The translations under genes and the position numbers were made by a program. Positions 1-10,215 of a DNA stretch of 64,000 nt are shown here, in pieces; the first letter of the stretch is position 1, and each line of letters opens with the position of its first letter. The DNA is from a virus: IMG/VR virus record IMGVR_UViG_3300046170_000470, one strand, 5' to 3'. Below the pieces are notes generated by a model. The model searched no databases. It was not told the DNA's origin and saw only the letters and a list, made by a program, of their open reading frames with translations.

Positions 1-1
1 T

Positions 2-181
2 ACTCAGTTCTTAGAAAGTGGTGCTGTATTTGCTCCTTATATTCCATTAATCATGACTCCTCTAGTATACGATCCAGACACTTTCACACCAAGAAAAGGT
101 CTATTAACTCGTTACGCTAAGAAAATGGTTCGTCCAGAATTCTACGGAACAATCAAAATTGAAGGATTAGATACTCTATAG
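2..181 (+). CDS. Major capsid protein, T4 gp23-like (3' end only)
   Basis: Manual translation TQFLESGAVFAPYIPLIMTPLVYDPDTFTPRKGLLTRYAKKMVRPEFYG matches the gp23-type C-terminus (APYIPL...DP.TF.P..G..TRY); followed by a terminator. Confidence 0.9.
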   Translation, partial: TQFLESGAVFAPYIPLIMTPLVYDPDTFTPRKGLLTRYAKKMVRPEFYGTIKIEGLDTL

Positions 182-210
182 TAGATATTTAACCTAATAT
201 TTAATAAATT

Positions 211-240
211 AACCCGGCCTTGTGCCGGGTTTTTTATTTT
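211..240 (+). terminator. Rho-independent terminator after capsid gene
   Basis: AACCCGGC-CTTGT-GCCGGGTT hairpin followed by T-tract. Confidence 0.9.
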
Positions 241-375
241 TCATATGTATAATAAAATGCGTTATATCAAAACTATATTTATCTCATTATATAGCTATAT
301 TAATAATTTACTGTTTTTTAACGTATTTACTCCGGTTTTATTCAATTTATGTGTAATCCCTAATTCCAAGAATTT

Positions 376-1116
376 ATGGCAAGTAAACCCCATACGGACG
401 ATGTATATCGCCCTAAGAGAATTCCTAAAAACCCAATTAAGTTCAAACTCCAACTTAATGCCGAACAAAAAGAAGCAAAAGCAGTTATACTTGAAAACAC
501 AGTCACCTTATTAGCAGGTGGAGCTGGGAGTGGTAAAACACTTTTAGCATGTAATGTCGCCCTAGACGGTTTATTACGTAGGCAATATGATAAAATCATA
601 ATTACCAGGACCTACAGTATCAAAAGAAGAAATAGGTTTTCCTCCCAGGAGACTTAAGAGAAAAAATGGACCCCTGGGTTCAACCTATCTATCAAAATTT
701 CTTTCAATTATATGATAAAATTAAAATAGAAAAACTAATTGAAGATGGTAAAATAGAAATTGTACCTGTATCCTTTATGAGGGGTAGAACATTTTTAGAC
801 TCAATGATAATTGTTGATGAGGCACAAAACGTTACCCATGAACAAATGGAAATGATTACTTCACGTTTAGGTTTAAGAAGTAAAATGATGATATGTGGTG
901 ACCAACATCAAACAGATCCTAAAGAAAAAATCAGATTCTGGTTTTAAATTTTTATACTCTGCTGCAAGAAAAATAAAAAACTTAGAAGCAATTACTTTAA
1001 CTACTAACCATAGAGATTCTATTGTGGAAGATTTATTGCAATACTATCAAGAGGCAATAAAAAATGGAATGTCAATATCCACATCAGGTTCCTATATTTA
1101 TAATAATAAAAATTAA
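376..1116 (+). CDS. phoH: PhoH-like ATPase (broken by three 1-nt insertions near 608, 641 and 918; probable sequencing errors)
   Basis: GGAGSGKT Walker A, restored ITRPTVSKEEIGFLPGD, FMRGRTF, VDEAQN and ICGD motifs spread across ORFs 376-657, 666-947 and 895-1116. Confidence 0.9.
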
Positions 1117-1142
1117 TTTAATATTTATAACAAAAATTAAGT

Positions 1143-2291
1143 ATGGCTAATATCCCCATATATGATGGTAGTCCTGTTTGGTCCTCGGGTTTAACACCTT
1201 TTGGATTTTATGATAGTGAACCTCAATTCCAAACCGATGCTGTTAAAGTAGCAAAATTTTGTGCCCAACGTTTAGGGTATCCTTTAACTGATGTAGAACT
1301 CCAAGACATGAGTTTCTTCACGGCATTTGAAGAAGCAGTTACTATTTATGGTAATGAATTATATGCTCATATCATTAGAGATAACCAATTATCTTTAGAA
1401 GGATTATCAACTGGTAGTAATTTAAACACAAGTACTATTCTCCCCAAGCTTTGAACCTATTGTAAGATTAACAGAACAGTATGGTGCTGAAGCAGGGAGT
1501 GGAGGAAATGTACCTCATTACACTGGTTCATTTATAATGACAGGAAGCCAACAAGATTATGATTTAGCTCAATGGGCAGTAGATAATGATATTACTAGTA
1601 GCATTGAAATTAAAAAAGTATTTTATCAAGCATCTCCTGCAATTACAAGGTATTATGATCCTTATGTAGGAACAGGGTTTGGATCACAAAATATGTTTGA
1701 TAGTTTTGGGTTTGGAAGCATGAGCCCTGCTATTAACTTCTTAATGATGCCCCTAAATTTTGATTTAGCGGCAATTCAAGCAATCGAATTAAACGACCAG
1801 GTACGTAGATCTCAATATAGTTTTGAATTAAAAAACAATAAACTAAGAATATTTCCAATCCCAGCTTCGGGAGGTGGTAATTATTGGTTTGAATATATTT
1901 TAAGAGAAGAAAGAATACAAAGTAGGTATTACAGACACTCCTGGAAATGTCACCAATGTATCTAATGCCCCTTATAATAACCCAACATATGCTAGTATTA
2001 ACAGTGTAGGAAGACAATGGATATTTGAGTATACTTTAGCATTAGCTAAAGAGATGTTAGGGATATGTAAGAGGAAAATATGGTACTATACCTATTCCTA
2101 ATGCTGATGTAACCTTAAACCAATCAGATTTAATTGCGGCAGCTACAGCAGAAAAAACTGCTTTAGTAGAAAAATTAAGAGGATACTTTGATCAAACTTC
2201 CCGTAAATCTTTACTAGAAAGAAGATCACAAGAAGCAGAATTTAAACAAACGGAACTACAACAAGTACCGTATACAATATATGTAGGATAA
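1143..2291 (+). CDS. Neck/head-tail adaptor protein, gp13-like (three apparent 1-nt insertions near 1443, 1925 and 2061)
   Basis: RLGYPLTDVEL N-terminal motif and W..EYTLALAKEMLG.VRGKY..IPIP...VTLN C-terminal motif; position upstream of other neck genes. Confidence 0.7.
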
Positions 2292-2292
2292 T

Positions 2293-2823
2293 ATGGCAAT
2301 GTTTGGTCGTTCACGTGATGTGAGTTTAATAAGAGGATTAAATAGAGAGTTATTACATGATATTATAACTCAACAAGCCGCTATTTATAAATTTAAACTA
2401 GAAGAAACTGGTGTAAATATTTATGGTGAAGCTGCTGGAGAAAAATATTATGATGGTCCTTTTTTATTTAACTGTTTAATTAATAGAGAAGATCAACAAT
2501 ATACTGAAACCGATGAAGGAGTTGGATTTGGACAAGGAATTGAATTTGCCTTCTTTAGAGATGATTTAGTAGATGCTAATGTAGTCCCTGAAGTAGGAGA
2601 TATTGTTTTATACCAAAAAAATTATTATGGGGTAGATTCTACAATATCAAATGAATATTTTGTAGGTAAAAACCCAGACTATCCTAATAATAGCTCTGAT
2701 GGAACACCCAACCCATTAAATCCAGGGTTAGAAAATTTTGGTACTAACTTATCTATTATAATTAAAACTCATAAAATACCAAATGATAAAGTAGCGATTT
2801 CACCATATAAAGAAAGATTTTAA
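2293..2823 (+). CDS. Head completion/neck protein, gp14-like
   Basis: NIYGEA...PEVGDIV motifs; synteny between adaptor and tail terminator. Confidence 0.55.
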   Translation: MAMFGRSRDVSLIRGLNRELLHDIITQQAAIYKFKLEETGVNIYGEAAGEKYYDGPFLFNCLINREDQQYTETDEGVGFGQGIEFAFFRDDLVDANVVPEVGDIVLYQKNYYGVDSTISNEYFVGKNPDYPNNSSDGTPNPLNPGLENFGTNLSIIIKTHKIPNDKVAISPYKERF

Positions 2824-3701
2824 TGCCTAACTTTAAACCATATCCAAAAAAACAAGTAGAGATTAGTAAAGGATTGCAAACAGCATTTGATACTAAAAGG
2901 GGAAATCCTAATAAAGAAATAAACCCTAATAAATCTCAAACGGGAATTGAGTTCAATAGATCAGCTAAAATAAGTCAAAAAGGTGAAACATCAAAAACTT
3001 ATTCTGTAGGTATTAAAGATATTGATGAAGCTGTTTTTTATTATTTTAATAATGTAATTCAACCTTTTGTATTCCAAAATGGAGAAAGAAGAGCAGTACC
3101 CATAATATATGGTAATCCTGAAAGGTGGAAATCATATCAAAGGGATGGTTATTATAGAGATAAAGGTGGGTCTGTAATGTTACCTATTATAGTAATTAAA
3201 AGGAATACTATTGCAAAAGATAGAAGTACATACAATAAATTAGATTCTAATTCCCCTAATTTATATGGTACCTTCCAAAAGGATTTCAACCCAAAAAATA
3301 TATATAATAATTTTAATTTACTAAATAATAGAGTTCCTACTAAACAATTTAATACTGTAGTAGTCCCTGATTATCTAGATATTACATATAGTTGTATTGT
3401 TCAAACTTATTATATGGAACAACTAAATAAAATAATTGAATCAGTAGAATACGCTTCAGATTCATATTGGGGTAACCCTGAAAGATTTAAATTTAATGCT
3501 AGAGTAAATTCCTTTTCTACTGCTGCTGAAATTACTGCAGGTCAGGATAGATTAGTTAAAAGTAATTTTGATATTAACTTAAGGGGTTATATCGTACCCG
3601 ATGTAATGCAAAAAGATTTAAATGCAATTAAAAAATTAAATTCTAAATCTAAAATTACAATTTCAACAGAAACTACAGGAAATATTAATGATATTCCGTG
3701 A
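2823..3701 (+). CDS. Tail sheath stabiliser/terminator, gp15-like
   Basis: VPIIYGNPERW and LPII motifs; synteny. Confidence 0.6.
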   Translation: MPNFKPYPKKQVEISKGLQTAFDTKRGNPNKEINPNKSQTGIEFNRSAKISQKGETSKTYSVGIKDIDEAVFYYFNNVIQPFVFQNGERRAVPIIYGNPERWKSYQRDGYYRDKGGSVMLPIIVIKRNTIAKDRSTYNKLDSNSPNLYGTFQKDFNPKNIYNNFNLLNNRVPTKQFNTVVVPDYLDITYSCIVQTYYMEQLNKIIESVEYASDSYWGNPERFKFNARVNSFSTAAEITAGQDRLVKSNFDINLRGYIVPDVMQKDLNAIKKLNSKSKITISTETTGNINDIP

Positions 3702-3734
3702 TAATTTAAATTAAAGTTTTTATATTATAGTTTA

Positions 3735-4817
3735 ATGAAAGTTTTATTTATAGCACCACATTTAAGTACAGGGGGAATGCCAGCATTCCTACTAAAACGT
3801 ATTCAAGCACTACAGCAATATACGGATTGGGAGATCCATGTTATAGAATGGAAAAACCTAAGCCCCGACTATATTGTCCAAAAAACACAAATCCAAAAAT
3901 TAGTAGGAGATAACTTTACTTCCTATAATGGGGATTTAGAACAACAAAAAGGTATTGTAGATTATTGTAAAAAAAATAAAATAGATATAATTCATATTGA
4001 AGAGATCCCAGAAGGGTTTGACGGTGGAAATGAATTTAATATTGATATTCAAAAAGAATTATATAAGAAAAAACATCCGTGGAAAGTAGTTGAGACTTGT
4101 CACAATATTTTCTTTAATCCTGATGAAAGTAAAGTTTATGAACCTGATGGGTATGCATGCGTAACGCCTCATCATATTGATACAACTTTTAAAAATAAAA
4201 AAACACCAAAGTCACTAATAACTTTCCCAATTGACCCATCTATCTCTCCTTATGAATCTAAAGAAGAAATATTATCATCTAGAGGATGGTTAACTAAAGG
4301 TGAATTCCATATTGTAAACGTAGGACTATGGACTCCAGGTAAAAATCAGGGGTATGCTGTAAAATTAGCCAAACAATTATGGGAAAAATATCGTTGGACT
4401 TATATTTTTCATTTTGTAGGAAATCAAGCACCTAACTTCTCTCATTATTGGGAACCTATAATGGAGGAAGGTTTACCCCCTAATGTGTTTATTCATGGTG
4501 AACAAGCAGATACTGATTATTATATGAAAATGTCAGATTTAATGTTATTTACTTCAACTTGGGAATGTAATCCTATTGTTTTAAAAGAAGCTATTTCTAA
4601 TAATATTAAAATAATGGCTTTTGATTTAGACCATTATGGAGAAGAATATGTCCCATTTATTATCCCATTAACAGGAAACCAAAATACCGATTACACCAAT
4701 TTAATAGATACCATCCATTCCCCACTTAAATATAATGACTATGATATTGGAAACAATGTTCGTAATTTTGCTAAAAACCATATTAATTTTTATAATTCTT
4801 TATTAGATGAAAAATAA
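3735..4817 (+). CDS. GT-B (GT4-like) glycosyltransferase
   Basis: PHLSTGGMP N-terminus; KNQG and FTSTWECNPIVLKEA (E-x7-E) motifs. Confidence 0.8.
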   Translation: MKVLFIAPHLSTGGMPAFLLKRIQALQQYTDWEIHVIEWKNLSPDYIVQKTQIQKLVGDNFTSYNGDLEQQKGIVDYCKKNKIDIIHIEEIPEGFDGGNEFNIDIQKELYKKKHPWKVVETCHNIFFNPDESKVYEPDGYACVTPHHIDTTFKNKKTPKSLITFPIDPSISPYESKEEILSSRGWLTKGEFHIVNVGLWTPGKNQGYAVKLAKQLWEKYRWTYIFHFVGNQAPNFSHYWEPIMEEGLPPNVFIHGEQADTDYYMKMSDLMLFTSTWECNPIVLKEAISNNIKIMAFDLDHYGEEYVPFIIPLTGNQNTDYTNLIDTIHSPLKYNDYDIGNNVRNFAKNHINFYNSLLDEK

Positions 4818-5895
4818 AATAGAGATTTCTTTTAACTATGGCCCTAAAGTTGAAGTAATAGGAAATAAAAAAAAAGATTATTTTGTAGAATTTATTAATT
4901 CTGAAAGTAATAAAGTAGAATTTTCCTCTACTATAGAAAATAATATGTGGACTAAATGTTCTAAAAGATGGTATATTCCTTGGGATATTAAAGTTAATGG
5001 TAAAATTGTACATAAGTGGGATATAAAAGATAAACATATTAAAATTGTATTAGATTCTAAATCTATAGGAGATACACTAGCATGGGCCCCCCAAGCAGTT
5101 GAATTTGCCCGAAGGTATAATTGTAAAGTTACTCTATCTACCTTTCATAATTCTTGGTTTAAAAATCTTTCAAATTATAAAAACATTAACTTTGTAGAAC
5201 CTAATACAAATGGAAAATATTATGCTTGCTATCAAATAGGATGGTATATCCTAGATGATAAATGGGATGAAGGAAACTATCACCCGACTAAACCAAATAC
5301 AATTCCTTTAATCCAGACTGCTACTGATATTTTAAATATACCTTATAAAGAAGTAAATTATGGTGTTGATTTTACCCCTGGTAAAAAACCTATTAAATCT
5401 AAATACATATGTATCGCTCCCCATTCCACATCAGGTTTAAAAGAATGGCCATACAACTATTGGGAAGAATTAGCTAGAATGTTAAATAATAAAGGATATA
5501 AAGTAGTAGATATATCTTATGAGGACCATAATAAAAAAAACATAATAAATAAACCTAAATTATCGTGGAATAATACCTTTAATTATTTATACCATGCAGA
5601 ATATTTTATAGGGTTAGGTTCAGGTATATCTTGGTTTAATTGGGCTATGAATAAACCTACTTTAATGGTAAATAATTTTTTACCTTATGGGTATGAATTT
5701 ACTCAGGGTCTAACTAAAGTAGAAAATTATTCTGTATGTAACAATTGTTGGGTAAACAGTAATTACCAATTTGATAGGGGAAATTGGGAGTGGTGTCCTA
5801 AAAACGAAAATACCCCACTCCAACATATTTGCCAAAAATCTATCACACCTCAAAAAGTTTTTAATATTTTATCGAATCTATTAAAATTTAAATAA
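4807..5895 (+). CDS. Autotransporter O-heptosyltransferase-like protein (Aah/TibC family, GT9-like)
   Basis: SKSIGDTLAW, FIGLGSGISW..WA and Cys cluster VCNNCW...WCP...ICQKSI. Confidence 0.75.
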   Translation: MKNKIEISFNYGPKVEVIGNKKKDYFVEFINSESNKVEFSSTIENNMWTKCSKRWYIPWDIKVNGKIVHKWDIKDKHIKIVLDSKSIGDTLAWAPQAVEFARRYNCKVTLSTFHNSWFKNLSNYKNINFVEPNTNGKYYACYQIGWYILDDKWDEGNYHPTKPNTIPLIQTATDILNIPYKEVNYGVDFTPGKKPIKSKYICIAPHSTSGLKEWPYNYWEELARMLNNKGYKVVDISYEDHNKKNIINKPKLSWNNTFNYLYHAEYFIGLGSGISWFNWAMNKPTLMVNNFLPYGYEFTQGLTKVENYSVCNNCWVNSNYQFDRGNWEWCPKNENTPLQHICQKSITPQKVFNILSNLLKFK

Positions 5896-5927
5896 ACTTA
5901 TATATATTTATTATAAAATAAAAATAA

Positions 5928-6179
5928 ATGAAGTTATCTAAAGAAGAGTTGCAAGAATTAAAATCTAATCAACAGGCAAGTAATGATGTTATTTTTACCC
6001 TTGGAGAATTAGAATTACAAAAAACAAGTCTAATTGATCGTTATAGAGAACTAGCATTATCACAAAGTGAATTAGGCGATCAATTATCTAAAAAGTATGG
6101 AGATGGTAAAATAAATTTAAACACTGGAGAAGTTACTTCAACAGATTTTGAAACTTCACCTAATTTAATTCCTTCTTAG
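5928..6179 (+). CDS. Small coiled-coil hypothetical protein
   Basis: ORF behind a late-type motif; KYGDGKINLNTGE end. Confidence 0.6.
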   Translation: MKLSKEELQELKSNQQASNDVIFTLGELELQKTSLIDRYRELALSQSELGDQLSKKYGDGKINLNTGEVTSTDFETSPNLIPS

Positions 6180-6236
6180 TTCTTTAAAAAATTTTTTAAT
6201 ATTTATAACAAAATAAAATTAAATTAAACATATAAA

Positions 6237-8501
6237 ATGGCAGAAACATTAATTTCACCTGGCGTATTGGCTCGAGAAAACGACCAATCTTTTATTCAAG
6301 GCCAACCCGTAGAAGCAGGAGCTGCTATCCTAGGACCAGCTGCTAAAGGCCCTGTAGGCATTCCTACATTGGTAACTTCGTTTAGTGAATATCAAGCAGT
6401 TTTTGGTGGAGCCATCACAAGTGGCTCTTCAGAATATACTTACTTGACTTCAATTTCAGCTAATAACTATTTTTCCCAAGGAGGAGATTCGTTATTAGTA
6501 ACTAGAGTAAAATCTGGATCATTTAGTGGTGCAACTTCTCATAAAATATATAATAATGCTGAGAGTGGTGTAATAGATACTGATTCCATCTTAACTTTAT
6601 CCTCAGGAGGTGAAGGGGGTACCCCAGGTACCTATGAAGTTATAGCAACAGGATCATTAAACGGAACAGACGCTACATTAAGTATTACAACTGATACTAG
6701 TAATGGAAAATTATTAACTAGCTCTGCCTATATTGATAATATTGTTCAAAACACTACAGATGCTGTTGGTGGTTTTACCGGAAATTTTGGTCCTATCTCA
6801 AATATAACTTCCTCAAATGGTAGTGGAGCAGAATTTACTATAGATGTTACTTCTGGTGTAGTTGACGCAATTAATTGTACAACAACAGGTAGTGGGTACA
6901 TTGCTGGAGAAACTATTACTATACCAACAGAAGCTATAGGTTCTACGGATGCTTTAATCTTTACTGTTGAAGCCGCTAATTTATTTACAGAAGTTTCATC
7001 TACTACAATAACTAATGGTGGAAATAATTTTGCAGTTGGCGAAGAATTATCAGTAAATGGAGCCTCAGTAGGAAATTCGTCGGGATTAAGATACGCGGCA
7101 TTAGGAGCTGGAGATGTTATTAATGGAATTCCTTTTCAATTAACTACCCTATCTGAAGGTGAAATCATGAATAATTCAGGTTCAGAAGTAGGAAATGGAG
7201 CCTTAGCTAATGGGTCAAGTGATAATGTAAGATGGGAAATTGTTTCTAGCAATACAGGATCAGGAACATTTAGTTTATTAGTACGTAGAGGTAATGACAG
7301 CCATAGAAACAAATCAATTTTAGAATCTTGGACTAACTTATCGTTAGATCCAAAATCCCCAAATTATATAGAAAAAGTAATTGGTAATACAAGCTATTCA
7401 GTAGAAGTAGATGGTTTAGATTCATATGTACGTTCCCAAGGCGAATATAATAATAAAAGTAAATATGTAAGAGTATCTACTGTAAATTATAAAACCCCAG
7501 ACTATTTTGACAATGCGGGGAATGCAAAATCTGAATTTACTTCAAGTTTACCTTTAATTTCCTCAGGATCATTTACTGGTGCTGAAGGTAAATTATTTGG
7601 TTCTAACGCTAAATTTTACGATCAAATTGATAGTAATATCCAAGGTTTAGGACAATTAGATTATACATCCTCTATCCAATTATTAAATAATAAGGATGAT
7701 TATAAATTTAATTTACTAACAGCCCCAGGATTAAACCATTCAGATCATGCTACTGCAACTACTCTATTAGTCAGTACAGCAGATGCCCGTCAAGATTGTA
7801 TAGCTGTTATTGATTTAGATGGATATGGAACTAATATAGGTACTATGATTGATAATGCTACGTCATTTGATAGTTCATATGCTGCTACTTATTGGCCATG
7901 GTTACAAACAATTGATCCAAATACAGGACAAGTTGTTTGGGTACCTGCTTCAACTATGATTCCTGGAGTATATGCATTTACAGACGCTTCAAGTGACGCA
8001 TGGTTTGCACCTGCGGGATTAACAAGAGGAGCTCTTGGAAATGTAACAAAAGCAGAAAGAAAATTAACTACTACAAATAGAGATTCATTATACGAAGCTA
8101 ATATTAACCCAATTGCTACATTCCCAGGAACTGGAGTTGTTGTATTTGGTCAGAAAACACTACAGAAAAGAGCTAGTGCATTAGATCGTGTAAATGTGCG
8201 TAGATTATTAATTCAACTTAAGAGCTTTATTTCTCAAGTAGCTGATAATTTAGTATTTGAACAAAATACAATTGCTACAAGAAATATATTCTTAGGTCAA
8301 GTTAATCCGTACTTAGAATCAGTACAACAAAGACAAGGATTGTACGCGTTTAAAGTAGTAATGGATGATACTAATAATACTCCAGATGTAATTGATAGAA
8401 ATCAACTAGTAGGACAAATTTATTTACAACCAACTAGAACAGCAGAATTTATTATGCTAGATTTTAATGTATTACCAACAGGAGCAGTATTTCCTGAATA
8501 A
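6237..8501 (+). CDS. Contractile tail sheath protein (gp18-like) with internal repeat insertion
   Basis: SPGVLAREND N-terminus; WFAPAG..RG, LYEANINPI, GQKTLQ...SALDRVNVRRLL and FEQN motifs. Confidence 0.95.
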   Translation: MAETLISPGVLARENDQSFIQGQPVEAGAAILGPAAKGPVGIPTLVTSFSEYQAVFGGAITSGSSEYTYLTSISANNYFSQGGDSLLVTRVKSGSFSGATSHKIYNNAESGVIDTDSILTLSSGGEGGTPGTYEVIATGSLNGTDATLSITTDTSNGKLLTSSAYIDNIVQNTTDAVGGFTGNFGPISNITSSNGSGAEFTIDVTSGVVDAINCTTTGSGYIAGETITIPTEAIGSTDALIFTVEAANLFTEVSSTTITNGGNNFAVGEELSVNGASVGNSSGLRYAALGAGDVINGIPFQLTTLSEGEIMNNSGSEVGNGALANGSSDNVRWEIVSSNTGSGTFSLLVRRGNDSHRNKSILESWTNLSLDPKSPNYIEKVIGNTSYSVEVDGLDSYVRSQGEYNNKSKYVRVSTVNYKTPDYFDNAGNAKSEFTSSLPLISSGSFTGAEGKLFGSNAKFYDQIDSNIQGLGQLDYTSSIQLLNNKDDYKFNLLTAPGLNHSDHATATTLLVSTADARQDCIAVIDLDGYGTNIGTMIDNATSFDSSYAATYWPWLQTIDPNTGQVVWVPASTMIPGVYAFTDASSDAWFAPAGLTRGALGNVTKAERKLTTTNRDSLYEANINPIATFPGTGVVVFGQKTLQKRASALDRVNVRRLLIQLKSFISQVADNLVFEQNTIATRNIFLGQVNPYLESVQQRQGLYAFKVVMDDTNNTPDVIDRNQLVGQIYLQPTRTAEFIMLDFNVLPTGAVFPE

Positions 8502-8543
8502 AAACACAAAAATAGAATATTTATAATAAAATAAAAATATAAA

Positions 8544-9032
8544 ATGGCAGTATTAGATCCTAACGAAATATTTTACACGGCATTTGAGCCAAAACAAAAG
8601 AATAGATTTATTCTTTATATTGATGGATTTCCTTCGTACATTATGAAGGGTGTCGGAGCCGTAACTGTATCACAAGGAACAGTACCTTTAAATCATATTA
8701 ACGTTCAACGTTTTGTAAAAGGTAAAACAACTTGGGGTACTATCCAATTCACATTATTTGATCCTATTACTCCTTCTGGTGCTCAAGCAGTAATGGAATG
8801 GGTACGTTTACACCACGAATCAGTAACTGGTCGTGATGGTTATAGTGATTTCTACAAGAAAGACTTAACTGTAAATGTATTAGGACCTGTAGGGGATATT
8901 GTATCAGAATGGATTATAAAAGGTGCTTTAATTACAGAAGCTTCATTTGGAGATTTCAATTGGGATACTGAAAACGCTGCTCAAGAACTTACAATGACAG
9001 TTCAACCAGATTACTGTGTATTGAATTTCTAA
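8544..9032 (+). CDS. Tail tube protein (gp19-like)
   Basis: Follows sheath; KNRF, W.....G..GY...YKKD and W.IKGA motifs. Confidence 0.85.
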   Translation: MAVLDPNEIFYTAFEPKQKNRFILYIDGFPSYIMKGVGAVTVSQGTVPLNHINVQRFVKGKTTWGTIQFTLFDPITPSGAQAVMEWVRLHHESVTGRDGYSDFYKKDLTVNVLGPVGDIVSEWIIKGALITEASFGDFNWDTENAAQELTMTVQPDYCVLNF

Positions 9033-9064
9033 AAATTTACCCAACCCTCATACCTCAAAAAATT

Positions 9065-9090
9065 GCTTGGCTTCGGTCAAGCTTTTTTTT
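9065..9090 (+). terminator. Terminator after tail tube, overlapping a host-type promoter
   Basis: GCTTGGC-TTCG-GTCAAGC hairpin (C-UUCG-G loop) followed by T-tract. Confidence 0.85.
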
Positions 9091-9102
9091 ATATTGAACG
9101 TC

Positions 9103-9453
9103 AATACTAAAAGGAATAGTTCTTTGACATTTAAAAATAATAAGATATGGAAAATTTAGAATTTGTTTTAGGTGTCCTATCCACAGTAGGTGTATTCTTA
9201 GTAGGGTATGCTTCGATAGGAGTGTTTAAGGTGAAAACCAAAGTTAGAGATGTTAACCAATCTGTAGATAATGCTTATTTAGCTATGGATGAAATCGGTA
9301 AAGATTTTAATAATAATATTAATGATTTACGATTAGATTACCAAAATCAAATTGATGAAATTTATAGGCAAATAGATTCAAGATTTGATAAATTTGAAAA
9401 TAAAATAAATAAATAATTACTAACCCGTTTTAAGAACTTTCCTTTTTAGTATT
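9103..9453. repeat. Imperfect 22-nt inverted repeat (9103-9124 / 9432-9453) enclosing ORF 9147-9416
   Basis: AATACTAAAAGGAATAGTTCTT versus reverse complement of the right arm, AATACTAAAAAGGAAAGTTCTT. Confidence 0.8.
9147..9416 (+). CDS. Small membrane protein (N-terminal TM helix plus coiled coil)
   Basis: Hydrophobic residues ~5-27 followed by a heptad-rich polar helix. Confidence 0.75.
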   Translation: MENLEFVLGVLSTVGVFLVGYASIGVFKVKTKVRDVNQSVDNAYLAMDEIGKDFNNNINDLRLDYQNQIDEIYRQIDSRFDKFENKINK

Positions 9454-9489
9454 TATTAACGATAAAAAAGTTTTAATTAAATAAAGATT

Positions 9490-10215
9490 ATGGCCGAATT
9501 TAAATTCCCAACCGAAGAAGTTGAGTTACCATCTAAAGGATTAGTTTATCCTGAAGATAATCCCCTTTCAAGCGGTAAAGTAGAAATTAAATATATGACT
9601 GCTAAGGAAGAAGATATACTTTCAAACCAATCATACATCCAAAAAGGTACAGTATTAGACAAATTATTAGAATCTGTTGTTGTATCTTCTGATGTTAAAA
9701 TAAAAGATTTAATTATTGGAGATAAAAATGCATTATTAATTGCTACTCGTATTCTAGGGTATGGAAAAGAATATAAGTTTAATTATGGTAAAGAATTAAG
9801 AACTGTTGATTTAACTGAGATAGAAAATAAAGAATTTGATACCAACTTAATTAATAAAGGAGAAAATTCATTCCCTTTTGAATTGCCCCATAGTGGTAAT
9901 AATATAACTTTTAGAATATTAACAGGTCATGAAGAATCTAAAATTGAAAAAGAATTAGCAGGCCTTAAAAAAATTAATAAAGAACCTTCAGAATTAACTA
10001 CTAGATTAAAATATATTATTACATCAGTAGGTGGAGATAATGATTCTAAAACAATTAGAGAATTTGTTGATAATTATTTATTAGCAAGAGATTCTAGATC
10101 TTTAAGAGAATATATTAGACAAGTTCAACCTGATGTTAATCTTAACTACCAGTTTGAAGATGGAGAGGAGGTAGTTATCCCAATAGGGATAGGCTTTTTT
10201 TGGCCTGACTTCTGA
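9490..10215 (+). CDS. Tail/baseplate assembly chaperone (gp26/gp51-like)
   Basis: LPSKG..Y, MTAKEEDIL, GDKNALLIATRILGYG and terminal FFWP; lies between tube and tape measure genes. Confidence 0.7.
   Translation: MAEFKFPTEEVELPSKGLVYPEDNPLSSGKVEIKYMTAKEEDILSNQSYIQKGTVLDKLLESVVVSSDVKIKDLIIGDKNALLIATRILGYGKEYKFNYGKELRTVDLTEIENKEFDTNLINKGENSFPFELPHSGNNITFRILTGHEESKIEKELAGLKKINKEPSELTTRLKYIITSVGGDNDSKTIREFVDNYLLARDSRSLREYIRQVQPDVNLNYQFEDGEEVVIPIGIGFFWPDF

Noticed and set aside
245-514. 89-aa plus-strand ORF
   Set aside because: Starts inside the promoter motif and overlaps phoH out of frame; more likely leader sequence
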